DNA from: an uncultured Verrucomicrobiae bacterium
GTDB taxonomy: Bacteria > Verrucomicrobiota > Verrucomicrobiia > Chthoniobacterales > JAATET01
Length of the DNA stretch: 64,000 nucleotides
Assembly: GCA_963719495.1 (NCBI GenBank)
Contig: CAVRCI010000013.1
Coordinates: 192,001 to 256,000 of the forward strand
Direction: 5' to 3'
The translations under genes were made by a program, and so were the position numbers. Below, in pieces: positions 30,476 through 40,908 of the stretch (the first letter of the stretch is position 1; the number at the start of each line of letters is the position of its first letter). The notes under the pieces are model-generated. The model was not told the origin of the DNA. It worked only from the letters and a program-made list of their open reading frames with translations, and did no database searches.

Positions 30476-30688
30476 GTGGGTTACATCCTCACCGCCATCG
30501 CCCTCCTGCTCATCATCGCCATCGTCGTGGCCGTCCTGCCCGCTCTCTCCGGCAAAGGCACCGCCGCGGCGGGTCGCGGCGACGACCGGGACGAAGCCCC
30601 CGTCACCCGCTCCAACTTGGGCGGCCCCCAGGAGGAAAAAATCGCCGACCAAGCCCGCCCCTCACAGCCGGAAAATCCTCCGGGTTAG
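30476..30688 (+). CDS. small single-TM protein
   Basis: GTG 1 bp after the upstream stop; N-terminal hydrophobic helix and hydrophilic tail. Confidence 0.55.
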   Translation: MGYILTAIALLLIIAIVVAVLPALSGKGTAAAGRGDDRDEAPVTRSNLGGPQEEKIADQARPSQPENPPG

Positions 30689-30934
30689 AGCACCTTCCAA
30701 CCAGCTGGCTGATTCGATCAGTTCAGCGGCGAGAGGGCGTCACGCCCGCTCAATTCAAGCGCGGGGGCGTCCCACCCCCGTCTTCGTCGGCCTCGCGGAG
30801 GCCATCCACCCATCCGAGCCAGCCAACCCGCGCCAAAGTAACGCAGGCTCCCAGCTTGCGCGAAGGTCGGCTTGGCATCCGACGGGATGCTCACCCCACG
30901 ATCGATCGCCACCGATTCACCCCACCACTCGGTC

Positions 30935-32023
30935 TCAGGCCACTTCACCATCGACCAAGCCCGGCTGCATCGCCGCGGGCCGATCCGCCGCCGTCGCAAG
31001 TTCGACAAACGACCCCGCGTCGCTCGAAGCCTCGAAAGCCCGCATCACTTCGAGCACGTGGTGCGCAAGTTCGCCGGAGCACCGGTGCGGTCGATCCTTC
31101 TCGATCGCATCGACCAAGTCGGCCAACCCGAGCGAACGACTGTTCGAGTCGTAGGAATGGACCGACTCGGCTTTTTCCCGTTCGCCGTTGCCAAGCTGCA
31201 CCCACACCTCGCCGCCGAAAGCATTCGGGTCGGGAACGAACAGCGTCCCCTCGCTCCCGTAGATTTCGATGTGCGGCAGCGAAGCCGAGTGAATGTCGAA
31301 GCTCATGATCACGGTCGCAATCGCCCCGTTGGCGAATTCGACCGTTCCCGCGTGGTGCGTCGGAGTCTTCACCGGGAAGTCCCGCGGCTCGACGTCCGCT
31401 GCCGTCACCCGGCGCGTCTCGAAGCTCCGTCGCGTCATCCCGCAGACCCGCCGCGCCGGTCCCAGCAAATTCACGAGGCTGGTCAAATAGTAGGGCCCCA
31501 TGTCGAGCATCGGCCCCCCGCCATCCAGGTAGAAGTTCTCCGGATTCGGATGCCAGTGCTCCATGCCGCGGCTCGTCATGAACGCCGTCGCCGCGACGGG
31601 AGTCCCGATCACGCCTTCGTCGATCAGTCGTCGCGCCGTCTGGCCGGAAGCTCCCAAAAACGTGTCCGGTGCCGATCCAATCCGCCGCCCCGCCGAAGCC
31701 GCCGCCTCGAGTAGACGCCCCGCCTCGCCGACGTTCAGCGCGATCGGCTTCTCGCTGTAAACGTGCTTCCCCGCTTCGAGCGCGCCACACCCCACCGTCA
31801 CGTGCGCCGCCGGAATCGTGAGATTGAGAACGATGTCGATGTTCGGATCGGTCAGCAGCTCCGCCGGACTCTCCGCCGCCGCGATCCCGAATTTCTCCGC
31901 CTGAGCCTTCGCCCGCTCGGAGTCCAGATCGGCCACCGCCGCAAAGTTCAAATTCGAAAACCGCCGACCAGCTTCCAAATAGGCCGTCGAGATATTTCCG
32001 CAGCCAACAATTCCAATGTTCAT
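30935..32023 (-). CDS. Gfo/Idh/MocA-family oxidoreductase
   Basis: IGIVGCGNIS, GKHVYSEKP, GGGPMLDMGPYY. Confidence 0.93.
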   Translation of the reverse strand: MNIGIVGCGNISTAYLEAGRRFSNLNFAAVADLDSERAKAQAEKFGIAAAESPAELLTDPNIDIVLNLTIPAAHVTVGCGALEAGKHVYSEKPIALNVGEAGRLLEAAASAGRRIGSAPDTFLGASGQTARRLIDEGVIGTPVAATAFMTSRGMEHWHPNPENFYLDGGGPMLDMGPYYLTSLVNLLGPARRVCGMTRRSFETRRVTAADVEPRDFPVKTPTHHAGTVEFANGAIATVIMSFDIHSASLPHIEIYGSEGTLFVPDPNAFGGEVWVQLGNGEREKAESVHSYDSNSRSLGLADLVDAIEKDRPHRCSGELAHHVLEVMRAFEASSDAGSFVELATAADRPAAMQPGLVDGEVA

Positions 32024-32092
32024 AAAAAATCAGTGTCCATTCGTGTGAATCCGTAACCCATCGGTGGTTCCTCGCCCTCGGATCCAGACAAG

Positions 32093-33868
32093 TTACTCCG
32101 TAATGATATCCCGGTAAGTCTTCCCCGTCGGGATCATCGGCAGCACGTGCTCCGTGTAAGGCACCGTCACGTCGAGCACGTAGGCCTCGTCGGAATCGAG
32201 CATCCGCTGGATCGCGCCACGCAGGTCCTTCTTGTGACTCACCCGCTCGACCTTCACGCCGAAGCCCTCGCAGATCGTCACGTAGTCGGGGTAGATCCGC
32301 TTGGTGTCCTTCGGATCACCCAGGAACGTGTGCCCGCGGTTGCTGCCGTAGAACCGATCCTCCCACTGCACCACCATGCCAAGGTGCTGATTGTTGAGAA
32401 TGATCGCCTTCGCCGCGATCCCCTCGACGTGCGCCGTCGCCAGCTCCTGCACGTTCATGAGGAAGGAACCGTCACCGTCGATGTCGATCACCTGCCGGTC
32501 CGGGCAGGCCACCTTCGCGCCGAGCGCCGCCGGATAGCCAAATCCCATCGCGCCGAGACCCGCCGAAGTCAGCAGACTGCGCGGCCGGTCGAAGTCGTAG
32601 AACTGCGCGGCCCACATCTGATGCTGGCCCACCCCGGTCGTGATGATCGCTTCACCCTTCGTCATCTCGCAGAGCAGCTTGATCACCGACTGCGGCTGGA
32701 TCACGTCGGGCGTGTCCTTGAATTTGAAAGGATTGTCGGCCTTCCACTGCGCGATCTGTTTCCGCCACGCGGGGTAAAGGTGGTCCTTCTTCGAAGACCG
32801 CTTGAATCCCGCCTTGTCGAGCATCTGATTGGCCCGCCCGAGCGCGTATTTGAGATCGCTGAGGATCGGCAGCTTGACGGTCTTGTTCTTGTTCAGCTCC
32901 GAGTTGTCGATGTCGATGTGGACGATCGTCCCGTGCTCGCAGAATTTCTCGACCTTGCCGGTCACCCGGTCGTCGAAGCGCACGCCGATCGCGAGGAGAA
33001 TGTCGGCCTCGTTCACCGCGTTGTTCGCGTAGACGGTCCCGTGCATCCCGAGCCACTTCAGCGACAACGGATGACTCTCCGGAAAACTCCCGATGCCCAT
33101 GAGTGTCGTCGCCACCGGGATCTGCGTCCGCTCGGCGAATTCCAGCAACTCCTCGGACGCGTTGCCCGAAATCACACCGCCGCCGCAATAGATCATCGGC
33201 CGCTCCGCCGTCGTGATCATCCCGATCATCTCGTTGAGCGCCACGTCGTCGGCCCTCTTGTCCACGTCGTATCCGCGGAACGCGATCGATTTTGGATAAA
33301 TCGGCTGCGCGAATCCGTTCTGAATGTTCTTCGGAATGTCCACGACCACCGGACCCGGCCGCCCGCTCTCCGCGATGTAAAACGCTTCCTTGATGATCCG
33401 CGGAATATCGTTGATGTCCATCACCAGGTAGCTGTGCTTCACCACCGGCAGCGTCATCCCGAAGAAATCCGTCTCCTGAAAAGCCCCGCGCCCGATCATC
33501 TCCTGCGGCACCTGGCCCGTCACCACGACCATCGGCACGGAGTCCATGAACGCGTCCGCGATGCCCGTCACCAGATTCGTCGCGCCCGGCCCCGACGTCG
33601 CCATGCACACACCCGCCCGCCCGGTCGCCCGACCGTAGGCCTCGGCGGCGAAAACTCCGCCCTGCTCGTGGCGCGGGAGGATGGTGCGGATTTTCTTCGA
33701 CCGCGTGAGCGATTGGTGGATCGGCATCGAGCAGCCGCCGGGGTAGGCGAAAATGACGTCCACGCCCTCGCGCTCGAGGCAGCTGACGAGAATGTCGGCC
33801 CCGTTCATCTTCTCCCCCCGATCGGGAGCTGCTTTCGCCGCGCTGCGAGTCGTCGTTTTGGTAGCCAT
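32093..33868 (-). CDS. ilvB: acetolactate synthase large subunit
   Basis: [37 protein letters not shown] ThDP-binding motif. Confidence 0.96.
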   Translation of the reverse strand: MATKTTTRSAAKAAPDRGEKMNGADILVSCLEREGVDVIFAYPGGCSMPIHQSLTRSKKIRTILPRHEQGGVFAAEAYGRATGRAGVCMATSGPGATNLVTGIADAFMDSVPMVVVTGQVPQEMIGRGAFQETDFFGMTLPVVKHSYLVMDINDIPRIIKEAFYIAESGRPGPVVVDIPKNIQNGFAQPIYPKSIAFRGYDVDKRADDVALNEMIGMITTAERPMIYCGGGVISGNASEELLEFAERTQIPVATTLMGIGSFPESHPLSLKWLGMHGTVYANNAVNEADILLAIGVRFDDRVTGKVEKFCEHGTIVHIDIDNSELNKNKTVKLPILSDLKYALGRANQMLDKAGFKRSSKKDHLYPAWRKQIAQWKADNPFKFKDTPDVIQPQSVIKLLCEMTKGEAIITTGVGQHQMWAAQFYDFDRPRSLLTSAGLGAMGFGYPAALGAKVACPDRQVIDIDGDGSFLMNVQELATAHVEGIAAKAIILNNQHLGMVVQWEDRFYGSNRGHTFLGDPKDTKRIYPDYVTICEGFGVKVERVSHKKDLRGAIQRMLDSDEAYVLDVTVPYTEHVLPMIPTGKTYRDIITE

Positions 33869-33930
33869 AAGAACCCGGAAAATTGCCCGCGAACCCACAA
33901 GAGATCAAGTCCGAACGGCCCGTCGGCAGG

Positions 33931-34674
33931 TCAAAGCGCCGACCCCGCCCGCCCGCCCGCCGCCAACGCCGCGCGCAACCGCCCCTGCGCCGCCCGCCCC
34001 AATCGCACCGGCTCGGCCATCCCCGTCAGCCAAAGCAGGCCCTCGTCCCGCGACACCCGCCGCCACCGCGCGACCGCCCCCCGGTTCACCATCAGCGACC
34101 GATCCACCCGCACGAATCGATCCACCGGTAACGCCCGTTCGTAGCGCCCCAGCACTTGACCCACCAGCAGCGGAGGTTCTCCCGCGACGAACACCCGCGT
34201 GTAATCCCCCTCAGCACGCAGCGCCACGATCCGGTCCACGGCTGCCACGACCGTCCGCCCCGGGAGCCGCAGACAGATGCGATCGTCCGCAACGTAACCG
34301 CCCGGCCAATCCCCGTCCGCCCCGCAGGCCGCCCGCAGCCGCTCCACCGCCACCCCCAGCCGCGCGACCCGAACGGGCTTCAACAAATAATCGACCGCGT
34401 CCACCACGAAAGCCCGCACCGCGTGCTCGGCGTGCGCCGTCACGAAGACGACCTTCGGCCCCTCCTTCCGCCCCTCGAGCAACCGGAACCCGTCCGCCCC
34501 CGGCATCTGCACGTCCAGAAAGATCCCGTCCGGCTTCTCCCGATCCAAAGCCTCGCCAGCCGCCGCGACCCCGTCCGCCTCCGCCACGACTTCCACGTCC
34601 GGAAACGTCGCCAACGCCCGCCGGAGCGCCTGCCGCGCCAGCCGCTCGTCATCCACCAGCATCACCCGAAGCAC
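33931..34674 (-). CDS. LytTR-family response regulator
   Basis: LVDDE, FLDVQMPG, FVTA, AVDYLLKP receiver; C-terminal AEGDYT/FVRVDRSLMVN LytTR domain; overlaps the kinase stop. Confidence 0.9.
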   Translation of the reverse strand: MLRVMLVDDERLARQALRRALATFPDVEVVAEADGVAAAGEALDREKPDGIFLDVQMPGADGFRLLEGRKEGPKVVFVTAHAEHAVRAFVVDAVDYLLKPVRVARLGVAVERLRAACGADGDWPGGYVADDRICLRLPGRTVVAAVDRIVALRAEGDYTRVFVAGEPPLLVGQVLGRYERALPVDRFVRVDRSLMVNRGAVARWRRVSRDEGLLWLTGMAEPVRLGRAAQGRLRAALAAGGRAGSAL

Positions 34675-35690
34675 GGCTCGCCCTCCAAGCTCAACGAAGC
34701 TGTCACCACGCCATCGGATTGACTCAGCTCGAATCCCGACCGGCCCGGATAATGCAGTTCCAGCCGCCGCCGCAGCGTCTCCAGCCCCACCCCCTCCCGC
34801 ACCTCCAACGTCGCCGGGAGCCGCCCCGGATTCGACACCTCGATCCGCAACCGCTCGCCCGCGCAACCCGCCACGACCTTCACCTCGCAGCGCTCCGCCG
34901 CCAGACCGTGCTTCACCGCGTTCTCGATCAGCGGCTGCAGTAGGAAACTCGGCACCGTCCGATCCCTCGCCGCCGTCTCGACCTCGATCACGGCCTCCAT
35001 CCAATCCCCGTAGCGCGCCTGCTCGATCCGCAGAAACGCCACCATCGCGTCGATCTCCGTCGCCAGCGGGGTCACCAACCGATGGCGCTGATCCAACGAA
35101 TACCGCAGATAATCAGACAGCTCGTGCACCATCTCCTCCGCGACCGCCGGTTGATTCGGGATCTCCGCCGCGATGTTGTTGAGCGAATTAAAGAGAAAAT
35201 GTGGATCCAGTTGCGACCTCAGCAGATCCAGTTCCGTCCGCTCCGCCTGCTCCATCGCCCGATCCGCCAGCCGCGTCGAACGCCGCGCGAAAAACGCCAG
35301 ACTCCACGCCAGAAACGCGAACCAGCTAAAGACCAACCGCAGCAGCCATTCCTCGCGCGGCGACCAGTTTGTCGGCGTCTGCCCCGTCAAATCCGACCAG
35401 ATCAGTGCCAGCACCGTCACGAACAACCCGGCCGCCAGGCTCACCCCGACAATCAGTGCCGCCGTTGGCACGCCGAAGGGCTTCCGCAGCGACGACCGCC
35501 GATAGATCCTGTTCAGTGCGCCGGACAAAACAAATGCCGCCGGTTCCAGCAGCAACGTGAAGGACAGCGCCTCGCCCCAACTCTTGAACAACAACACGCG
35601 GATCAAAAACGCCGCCATCGCAAATCCACCCCAGGCCAGCGCGTTCCACCGCCAGAAATTCCCGGTTTGATCCGAACGCCACGCCAGCAT
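34662..35690 (-). CDS. LytS/YehU-type membrane sensor histidine kinase
   Basis: 4 TM helices; LRSQLDPHFLFNSLN, LQPLIENAVKHG, GVGLE. Confidence 0.92.
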   Translation of the reverse strand: MLAWRSDQTGNFWRWNALAWGGFAMAAFLIRVLLFKSWGEALSFTLLLEPAAFVLSGALNRIYRRSSLRKPFGVPTAALIVGVSLAAGLFVTVLALIWSDLTGQTPTNWSPREEWLLRLVFSWFAFLAWSLAFFARRSTRLADRAMEQAERTELDLLRSQLDPHFLFNSLNNIAAEIPNQPAVAEEMVHELSDYLRYSLDQRHRLVTPLATEIDAMVAFLRIEQARYGDWMEAVIEVETAARDRTVPSFLLQPLIENAVKHGLAAERCEVKVVAGCAGERLRIEVSNPGRLPATLEVREGVGLETLRRRLELHYPGRSGFELSQSDGVVTASLSLEGEPCFG

Positions 35691-35734
35691 CGCGCGACAC
35701 TACTCACGCCCGCGGCGAACAAGCGACGTCAACG

Positions 35735-35786
35735 GCCCGATTCGGCGATTTTTTTGCCCGATTCGTCGAATTTAAAGATACATTCG
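35735..35786. promoter_or_regulatory. candidate LytTR-binding direct repeats
   Basis: GCCCGATTCGGCGA (35735) and GCCCGATTCGTCGA (35756); core ATTCG at 35740, 35761 and 35782 (exact 21-bp period). Confidence 0.7.
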
Positions 35787-35811
35787 TTTCGTTCGCTGCA
35801 ACCATTGGCGA

Positions 35812-38800
35812 ATGCGATTCGCTAACCTCCGTTCCGCCTCCTTCCTCTCGCTCGCAATTTTCTCCCTCGCGTCCATCCATTCAGCCTCGGCGCACGGCTC
35901 CATGGCCGATCCGCTCAGTCGATCCTACGCCGTCTTCCTCGGCAATCCCCAGTCCCCCGACAACCCCGCCCACGCCGCGGCCATCGCCGCCGCCGGCACC
36001 CAGGCCTTCTACGATTGGCACGAGGTCAACGGCCTGTTTCCCGGCCGCGATTACCAGACCCGCATCCCCGATGGCCAGCTCCCCGGCGTCGGTCGCGCCA
36101 AATACGCCGGCCTCAACCTCGCCCGCACCGATTGGCCGACCACCCCCGTCGCCCCCGGCCCCTACGCCTGCACGTTCTTCGCCCCCACCCCGCACGAACC
36201 TTCCACCTTCGAACTCTACCTCACCAAACCCGGCTACGATCCGACCCAGCCCATCAAGTGGTCCGACCTCCAACGGCTCCCCGACCCGACCGACCTCCGC
36301 CTTGAAGGAGCCAACTACCGCTTCACCGCCCAATTCCCGCAACGGACTGGTCATCACGTCCTCTACGTCATCTGGCAGCGCATCGACCCCGCCGGCGAAG
36401 CCTTCTTTTCCACCAGTGACCTCCTCTTCTCGGGATCCGGGACCAACCCCACGCCAACTCCCACTCCCGCCCCAACCCCCACGCCGCAGCCGACTCCACA
36501 GACGACCCTTTCGACGCTCGAAATCACCAGCGACTGGGGCAGCGGCTTCGTCGGACGCATCACGACCGAAAATCCCACTCACTCGCCGCTCAACGGCTGG
36601 ACGCTGCAGTTCGATCTGCCCCGCGACATCGTCAATCTCTGGGACGCCGTGATCGTCTCCCACGTCGGCGACACCTACACGGTTCGCAACGCCAGTTGGA
36701 ACGGCAACGTCGCCGCCCATGGCTCGTTTGCGTTCGGGTTCCAAGCCGCCGGCGGCGACGGGAACCTCCAACCCACCAACGTCCGACTCCTCTCCGCCGG
36801 AGCGCCCACTCCGACTCCGACGCCCGCTCCCTCTCCGAGTCCCACGCCAAACCCAACACCGGTTCCAACTCCGACTCCAACTCCCACGCCAACTCCCACG
36901 CCGACTCCAACTCCAACTCCAACTCCAACTCCCACGCCGACTCCAACTCCGACTCCAACTCCAACTCCGACTCCGACTCCAACTCCCACGCCAATTCCCG
37001 GCTCACCGAACACGACCGTCAATCTTGGGTCCGCACTCGTCACCTTCACCGTTAACAACGACTGGGGTGGCGGCTTCGAAGGACAGGTGTCCGTGAAGAA
37101 CCTCACCTCGACCACACTCCGCGCTTGGAACGTCTCCTTCGACCTGCCTCGAACCATCGCGAACGTCTGGAACGCCCGCATCGCGTCCCAGTCCGGCTCC
37201 ACCTTCCGCTTCAACGCCAAGACCTTTTCCTGGAACCGCGACATCCGACCCGGTGCCACCGTTTCCTTCGGGTTCATCGGCTCCGCCGGGAACCTCCGCA
37301 CCTCGCCCACGAACTTCGCCTTCTCCTCCAGCGGCGCCGTTCCAAACCCAACGCCAACGCCAACGCCAACGCCAACGCCAACGCCAACTCCCACTCCCAC
37401 TCCCACTCCCACTCCGACGCCAACGCCCACTCCCACTCCCACCCCAACTCCCACTCCGACGCCCACTCCGACGCCCACACCAACGCCCACACCAACGCCA
37501 ACTCCCACCCCGGGCAGCTTCAACTACGGCGAAGTCCTCCAGAAATCCCTCTACTTCTACGAAGCCCAACGTTCCGGTGCTCTTCCCGCCGACACCCGCG
37601 TCGTCTGGCGCGGTGACTCCGCCCTTGGCGACGGCTCCGACGTCGGCGTCGACCTCACCGGTGGCTACTACGACGCCGGCGATCACGTCAAATTCGCCCT
37701 CCCCATGTTCGGCTCGCTCACCCTCCTCGCGTGGGGCGGCATCGAATACCCCGCTGGCTACGGCACCGAGCGCGACGCGCTCCTCGCCACCGTCCGCTGG
37801 GGCACCGACTGGATCCTCGAGGCCAACCCCGCCCCCAACGTCCTCTACGGTCAGGTCGGCAACGGCGGTCTCGACCACGCCTACTGGGGACCGGCCGAGA
37901 CGATGACGATGGCCCGCCCGGCCTACGCGATCACCGCGCAAAAACCCGGCACCGAGATCGCCGGCGAAGCCGCCGCCGCCCTCGCCGCCTCCTCGATGCT
38001 CTTCCGCAATGACGATCCGACCTACGCCGCCACGCTCCTCGCCCGCGCCCGCCAGCTCTACACTTTCGCCGATACCCACCGCGGCACCTACACGGCGGCA
38101 ATCCCCGACGCCGCGGCCTACTACAATTCCTACTCCGGCTACGACGACGAACTCCTCTGGGCCGCCGTCTGGCTTCACCGCGCCACCGGCGAAGCCCCCT
38201 ACCTCCAGGCCGCCGAATCCCTCTTCACGCAAAAATTCGCGACCGCCACCCCGCGTTGGACCCACAACTGGGACGACAAAGGCTACGGTGCCGCCCTCCT
38301 CCTCGCCCAACTCACCGGCAAACCCGTTTACAAGACGATGACCGAGCGCTTCCTGAACTATTGGACCACCGGCGACAACGGTGCCCGCGTCACCTACACG
38401 CCCGGCGGCCTCGCCTGGCTCGCCCAGTGGGGATCCCTCCGCTACGCCACCACCACCGCCTTCCTCGCCGGCCTCTACGCCGACCGCGTCCGCGACGTCG
38501 GCACCCGCTACGCCGACTTTGCCAAGCGCCAGGTCGACTACGCCCTCGGCGACAACCCCGCCAACCGCTCCTACGTCGTCGGCTTCGGCAACAATCCTCC
38601 CATCAATCCCCACCACCGCACCGCCCACGGCTCCTGGGCGAACTCGATCACCAACCCCACCGACAACCGCCACATCCTCTACGGCGCCCTCGTCGGCGGA
38701 CCCTCCTCCGCCTCCGACACCGCCTACGTCGACGACCGCACGAACTTCATCACCAACGAAGTCGCCCTCGATTACAACGCCGGCTTCACCGGCGCCCTCG

Positions 38801-39330
38801 CCCGACTCCGCCAAATCCACGGCGGCAACCCACTCGCGAATTTTCCGCCGACGGAACTCCCCGACGACGAGTTCTTCGTCGAGGCCAGCATCAACCAGCA
38901 GAACTCGAACTTCACCGAGATCCGCGCCCTCCTGAACAACCGCTCCGCCTTCCCGGCCGGCGCGTCCGACTTCCTCTCCTTCCGCTACTACCTCGACCTC
39001 TCGGAACTCCTCGCCACCGGCTACCAACCCACCGACCTCGTCGTCACCTCCGCCTACAACCAAGGCGCGACCGTCACCGGCCCGATCCTCCACGACGCCG
39101 CCCGCCAGCTCTACTACCTCTCGGTCGACTTCACCGGCACGCGGCTCGCCCCCGGCAGCAGCCAAACTTTCCGCAAGGAAATCCAATTCCGCATCGCCGC
39201 GCCGACGACCGCCGCGTGGAACCCCACCAACGACCCATCCTACCAAGGTCTCGCCACCGGCACCCCCCGGAAGACCGCCACCATCCCCGTCTTCCAAGGC
39301 ACCGAACTCCTCGAAGGCACCGTCCCCTGA
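35812..39330 (+). CDS. multimodular secreted enzyme: AA10 LPMO - CBM2 - CBM2 - GH9 - CBM3c with Pro/Thr linkers
   Basis: Signal peptide ending ASA then His (HGSMADP.SR); YDW, WQR..EAFF; two CBM2 (DWG.GF, W, WNG/WNR); GH9 [31 protein letters not shown]3c FFVEAS...FTEIRA. Confidence 0.93.
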   Translation: MRFANLRSASFLSLAIFSLASIHSASAHGSMADPLSRSYAVFLGNPQSPDNPAHAAAIAAAGTQAFYDWHEVNGLFPGRDYQTRIPDGQLPGVGRAKYAGLNLARTDWPTTPVAPGPYACTFFAPTPHEPSTFELYLTKPGYDPTQPIKWSDLQRLPDPTDLRLEGANYRFTAQFPQRTGHHVLYVIWQRIDPAGEAFFSTSDLLFSGSGTNPTPTPTPAPTPTPQPTPQTTLSTLEITSDWGSGFVGRITTENPTHSPLNGWTLQFDLPRDIVNLWDAVIVSHVGDTYTVRNASWNGNVAAHGSFAFGFQAAGGDGNLQPTNVRLLSAGAPTPTPTPAPSPSPTPNPTPVPTPTPTPTPTPTPTPTPTPTPTPTPTPTPTPTPTPTPTPTPTPIPGSPNTTVNLGSALVTFTVNNDWGGGFEGQVSVKNLTSTTLRAWNVSFDLPRTIANVWNARIASQSGSTFRFNAKTFSWNRDIRPGATVSFGFIGSAGNLRTSPTNFAFSSSGAVPNPTPTPTPTPTPTPTPTPTPTPTPTPTPTPTPTPTPTPTPTPTPTPTPTPTPTPTPGSFNYGEVLQKSLYFYEAQRSGALPADTRVVWRGDSALGDGSDVGVDLTGGYYDAGDHVKFALPMFGSLTLLAWGGIEYPAGYGTERDALLATVRWGTDWILEANPAPNVLYGQVGNGGLDHAYWGPAETMTMARPAYAITAQKPGTEIAGEAAAALAASSMLFRNDDPTYAATLLARARQLYTFADTHRGTYTAAIPDAAAYYNSYSGYDDELLWAAVWLHRATGEAPYLQAAESLFTQKFATATPRWTHNWDDKGYGAALLLAQLTGKPVYKTMTERFLNYWTTGDNGARVTYTPGGLAWLAQWGSLRYATTTAFLAGLYADRVRDVGTRYADFAKRQVDYALGDNPANRSYVVGFGNNPPINPHHRTAHGSWANSITNPTDNRHILYGALVGGPSSASDTAYVDDRTNFITNEVALDYNAGFTGALARLRQIHGGNPLANFPPTELPDDEFFVEASINQQNSNFTEIRALLNNRSAFPAGASDFLSFRYYLDLSELLATGYQPTDLVVTSAYNQGATVTGPILHDAARQLYYLSVDFTGTRLAPGSSQTFRKEIQFRIAAPTTAAWNPTNDPSYQGLATGTPRKTATIPVFQGTELLEGTVP
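36805..36993 (+). repeat. (Pro-Thr)n linker-coding 6-bp tandem repeat
   Basis: CCN-ACN repeats between the two CBM2 modules. Confidence 0.9.
37348..37512 (+). repeat. (Pro-Thr)n linker-coding 6-bp tandem repeat
   Basis: CCN-ACN repeats between CBM2 and GH9. Confidence 0.9.
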
Positions 39331-39452
39331 GAGTGCGCTCTGGAGCCACCCCCGGCAGGGCGAGGCTCCCGCCGAGCCGTGGCAAAATCCGCAAACCCGC
39401 CGCCGCGCACGAGAGTTGACGAATCCCCGCCAGTCTTCTACGCCTCGCCCGG

Positions 39453-40133
39453 ATGTCACTCAAAGTCCTGCTCGCCAACAATCGCCGCTGGTCCGACGAC
39501 ATTCGCGCCGCCAACCCCGGGTTTTTCCCCGGCCTCGCCCGCCAGCAGAATCCCGATTACCTCTGGATCGGGTGCGCCGACAGCCGCGTGCCCGCCAACG
39601 AAATCGTCGGGCTCCCACCCGGCGAGATTTTCGTCCACCGCAACGTCGCCAACCTCGTCGGCACCACGGATTTCAATTGCCTCGCCGTCGTCGAGTTCGC
39701 CGTCCTCATCCTCAAGGTCAAACACATCATCGTCTGCGGCCACTACGGCTGCGGCGGGGTCAAGGCCGCCTTCGAGCGCCACCAGATCGGACTCATCGAC
39801 AACTGGCTCCACCCCATTACGCTCATCGCCGAGAAGCACCGCCCGCTCATCGACGAAACCCCCGACCCCGAACGCCAGCTCCGCGTCCTCTGCGAGCTCA
39901 ACGTCGTCGAGCAGGTCCGCACCCTCTGCACCACCTCGCTCCTCCGCGACGCCTGGCTCGCCGGTCAGGAACTCTCGATCCACGGCGTCGTCTACGGCCT
40001 CAAGGACGGTCTCCTCCACGATCTGAACACCACCGTCACCGACTCCGACGGCATCGGCCCGGGCTGCGACCGCGCCGTCGCCGGCATCGCCACCCGGCTC
40101 AGGAACGGGACGCCCACGCCACCAGACCGCTGA
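39453..40133 (+). CDS. can: beta-class carbonic anhydrase
   Basis: WIGCADSRVP, HRNVAN, CGHYGCGGV, LCELNV. Confidence 0.95.
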   Translation: MSLKVLLANNRRWSDDIRAANPGFFPGLARQQNPDYLWIGCADSRVPANEIVGLPPGEIFVHRNVANLVGTTDFNCLAVVEFAVLILKVKHIIVCGHYGCGGVKAAFERHQIGLIDNWLHPITLIAEKHRPLIDETPDPERQLRVLCELNVVEQVRTLCTTSLLRDAWLAGQELSIHGVVYGLKDGLLHDLNTTVTDSDGIGPGCDRAVAGIATRLRNGTPTPPDR

Positions 40134-40737
40134 CGAGCGCGTCCTTCGTCGCAAACGTCCGCCCGAGCTCCCCGGCGCGACCGAGCAGCCCGAAGCCCGG
40201 CCCAAACGCCGCCCCGTTCACCACGCAGGCGTCCGTCCGCGCTTCGGCCAACTGACGCCGACCCGCCGCCAGCGCGTCCTCGCGCCCACCGACCAGCTCG
40301 TATTTCCAACCCACGATCCGCGCCCGCGGGAACCAATCCCGCAACGAGACGATCACCTTCGCCGCCGGTTCCAAGCGCAGCGTGATCGCGCCGGAGCGGC
40401 TCGAGATTTTCGCGGAATCGAGCGCACGCCCCGCCGCGTCCTCGACCGCCGCGAGCACGAAATCCGCCAGCGCCGCCGCGTGAAAAACGACGTCCGCCTC
40501 GCGCCAGACGAGCGCCGCCGCCAGCTCATCGTTCGTCTCGAAATCCACCCGCTCCACGCCCACGTCGAGCGCCACCCCGGCCGTCGCCGCCACCGACCGA
40601 AAGCAAATGACCTCCCACCCAGCCGCCGCGAGCCCGTTCGCCAGCCGCATCCCCAGCTCGCCGGTCGAGAAATTCGAAATCCGCCGCACCCCGTCGATCG
40701 GCACCACCCCCGGCCCACAAGTCACCAACGCCCGCAT
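40099..40737 (-). CDS. stand-alone phosphopantothenate--cysteine ligase (CoaB-like) domain
   Basis: VTCGP...IDGVRRISNFSTGELG, HAAALADF, KISS, IVGWKYE; no CoaC domain. Confidence 0.8.
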   Translation of the reverse strand: MRALVTCGPGVVPIDGVRRISNFSTGELGMRLANGLAAAGWEVICFRSVAATAGVALDVGVERVDFETNDELAAALVWREADVVFHAAALADFVLAAVEDAAGRALDSAKISSRSGAITLRLEPAAKVIVSLRDWFPRARIVGWKYELVGGREDALAAGRRQLAEARTDACVVNGAAFGPGFGLLGRAGELGRTFATKDALVSGLVAWASRS

Positions 40738-40908
40738 ATTTTTAATTCAAGGAGCGGCGGCTTCCAGCCGCCGAAGTTTCAAACCACCAAGCACGCCGAC
40801 CTCATACCACACCCTCCCGCCCAACCTGAAGAAAGCTTTGACACGCCCCGTGCCGATATTAATTTGCGAGACCGGATTCCGGACCATTTCTCTTTCCTAA
40901 AAAATCTC

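Noticed and set aside
36675..37523. Minus-strand ORFs with (GV)n, (EL)n, (WE)n repeats and plus-strand (NS)n/(QL)n ORFs
   Set aside because: Alternative-frame shadows of the Pro-Thr linker DNA in the LPMO-GH9 gene; not CRISPR and not separate genes
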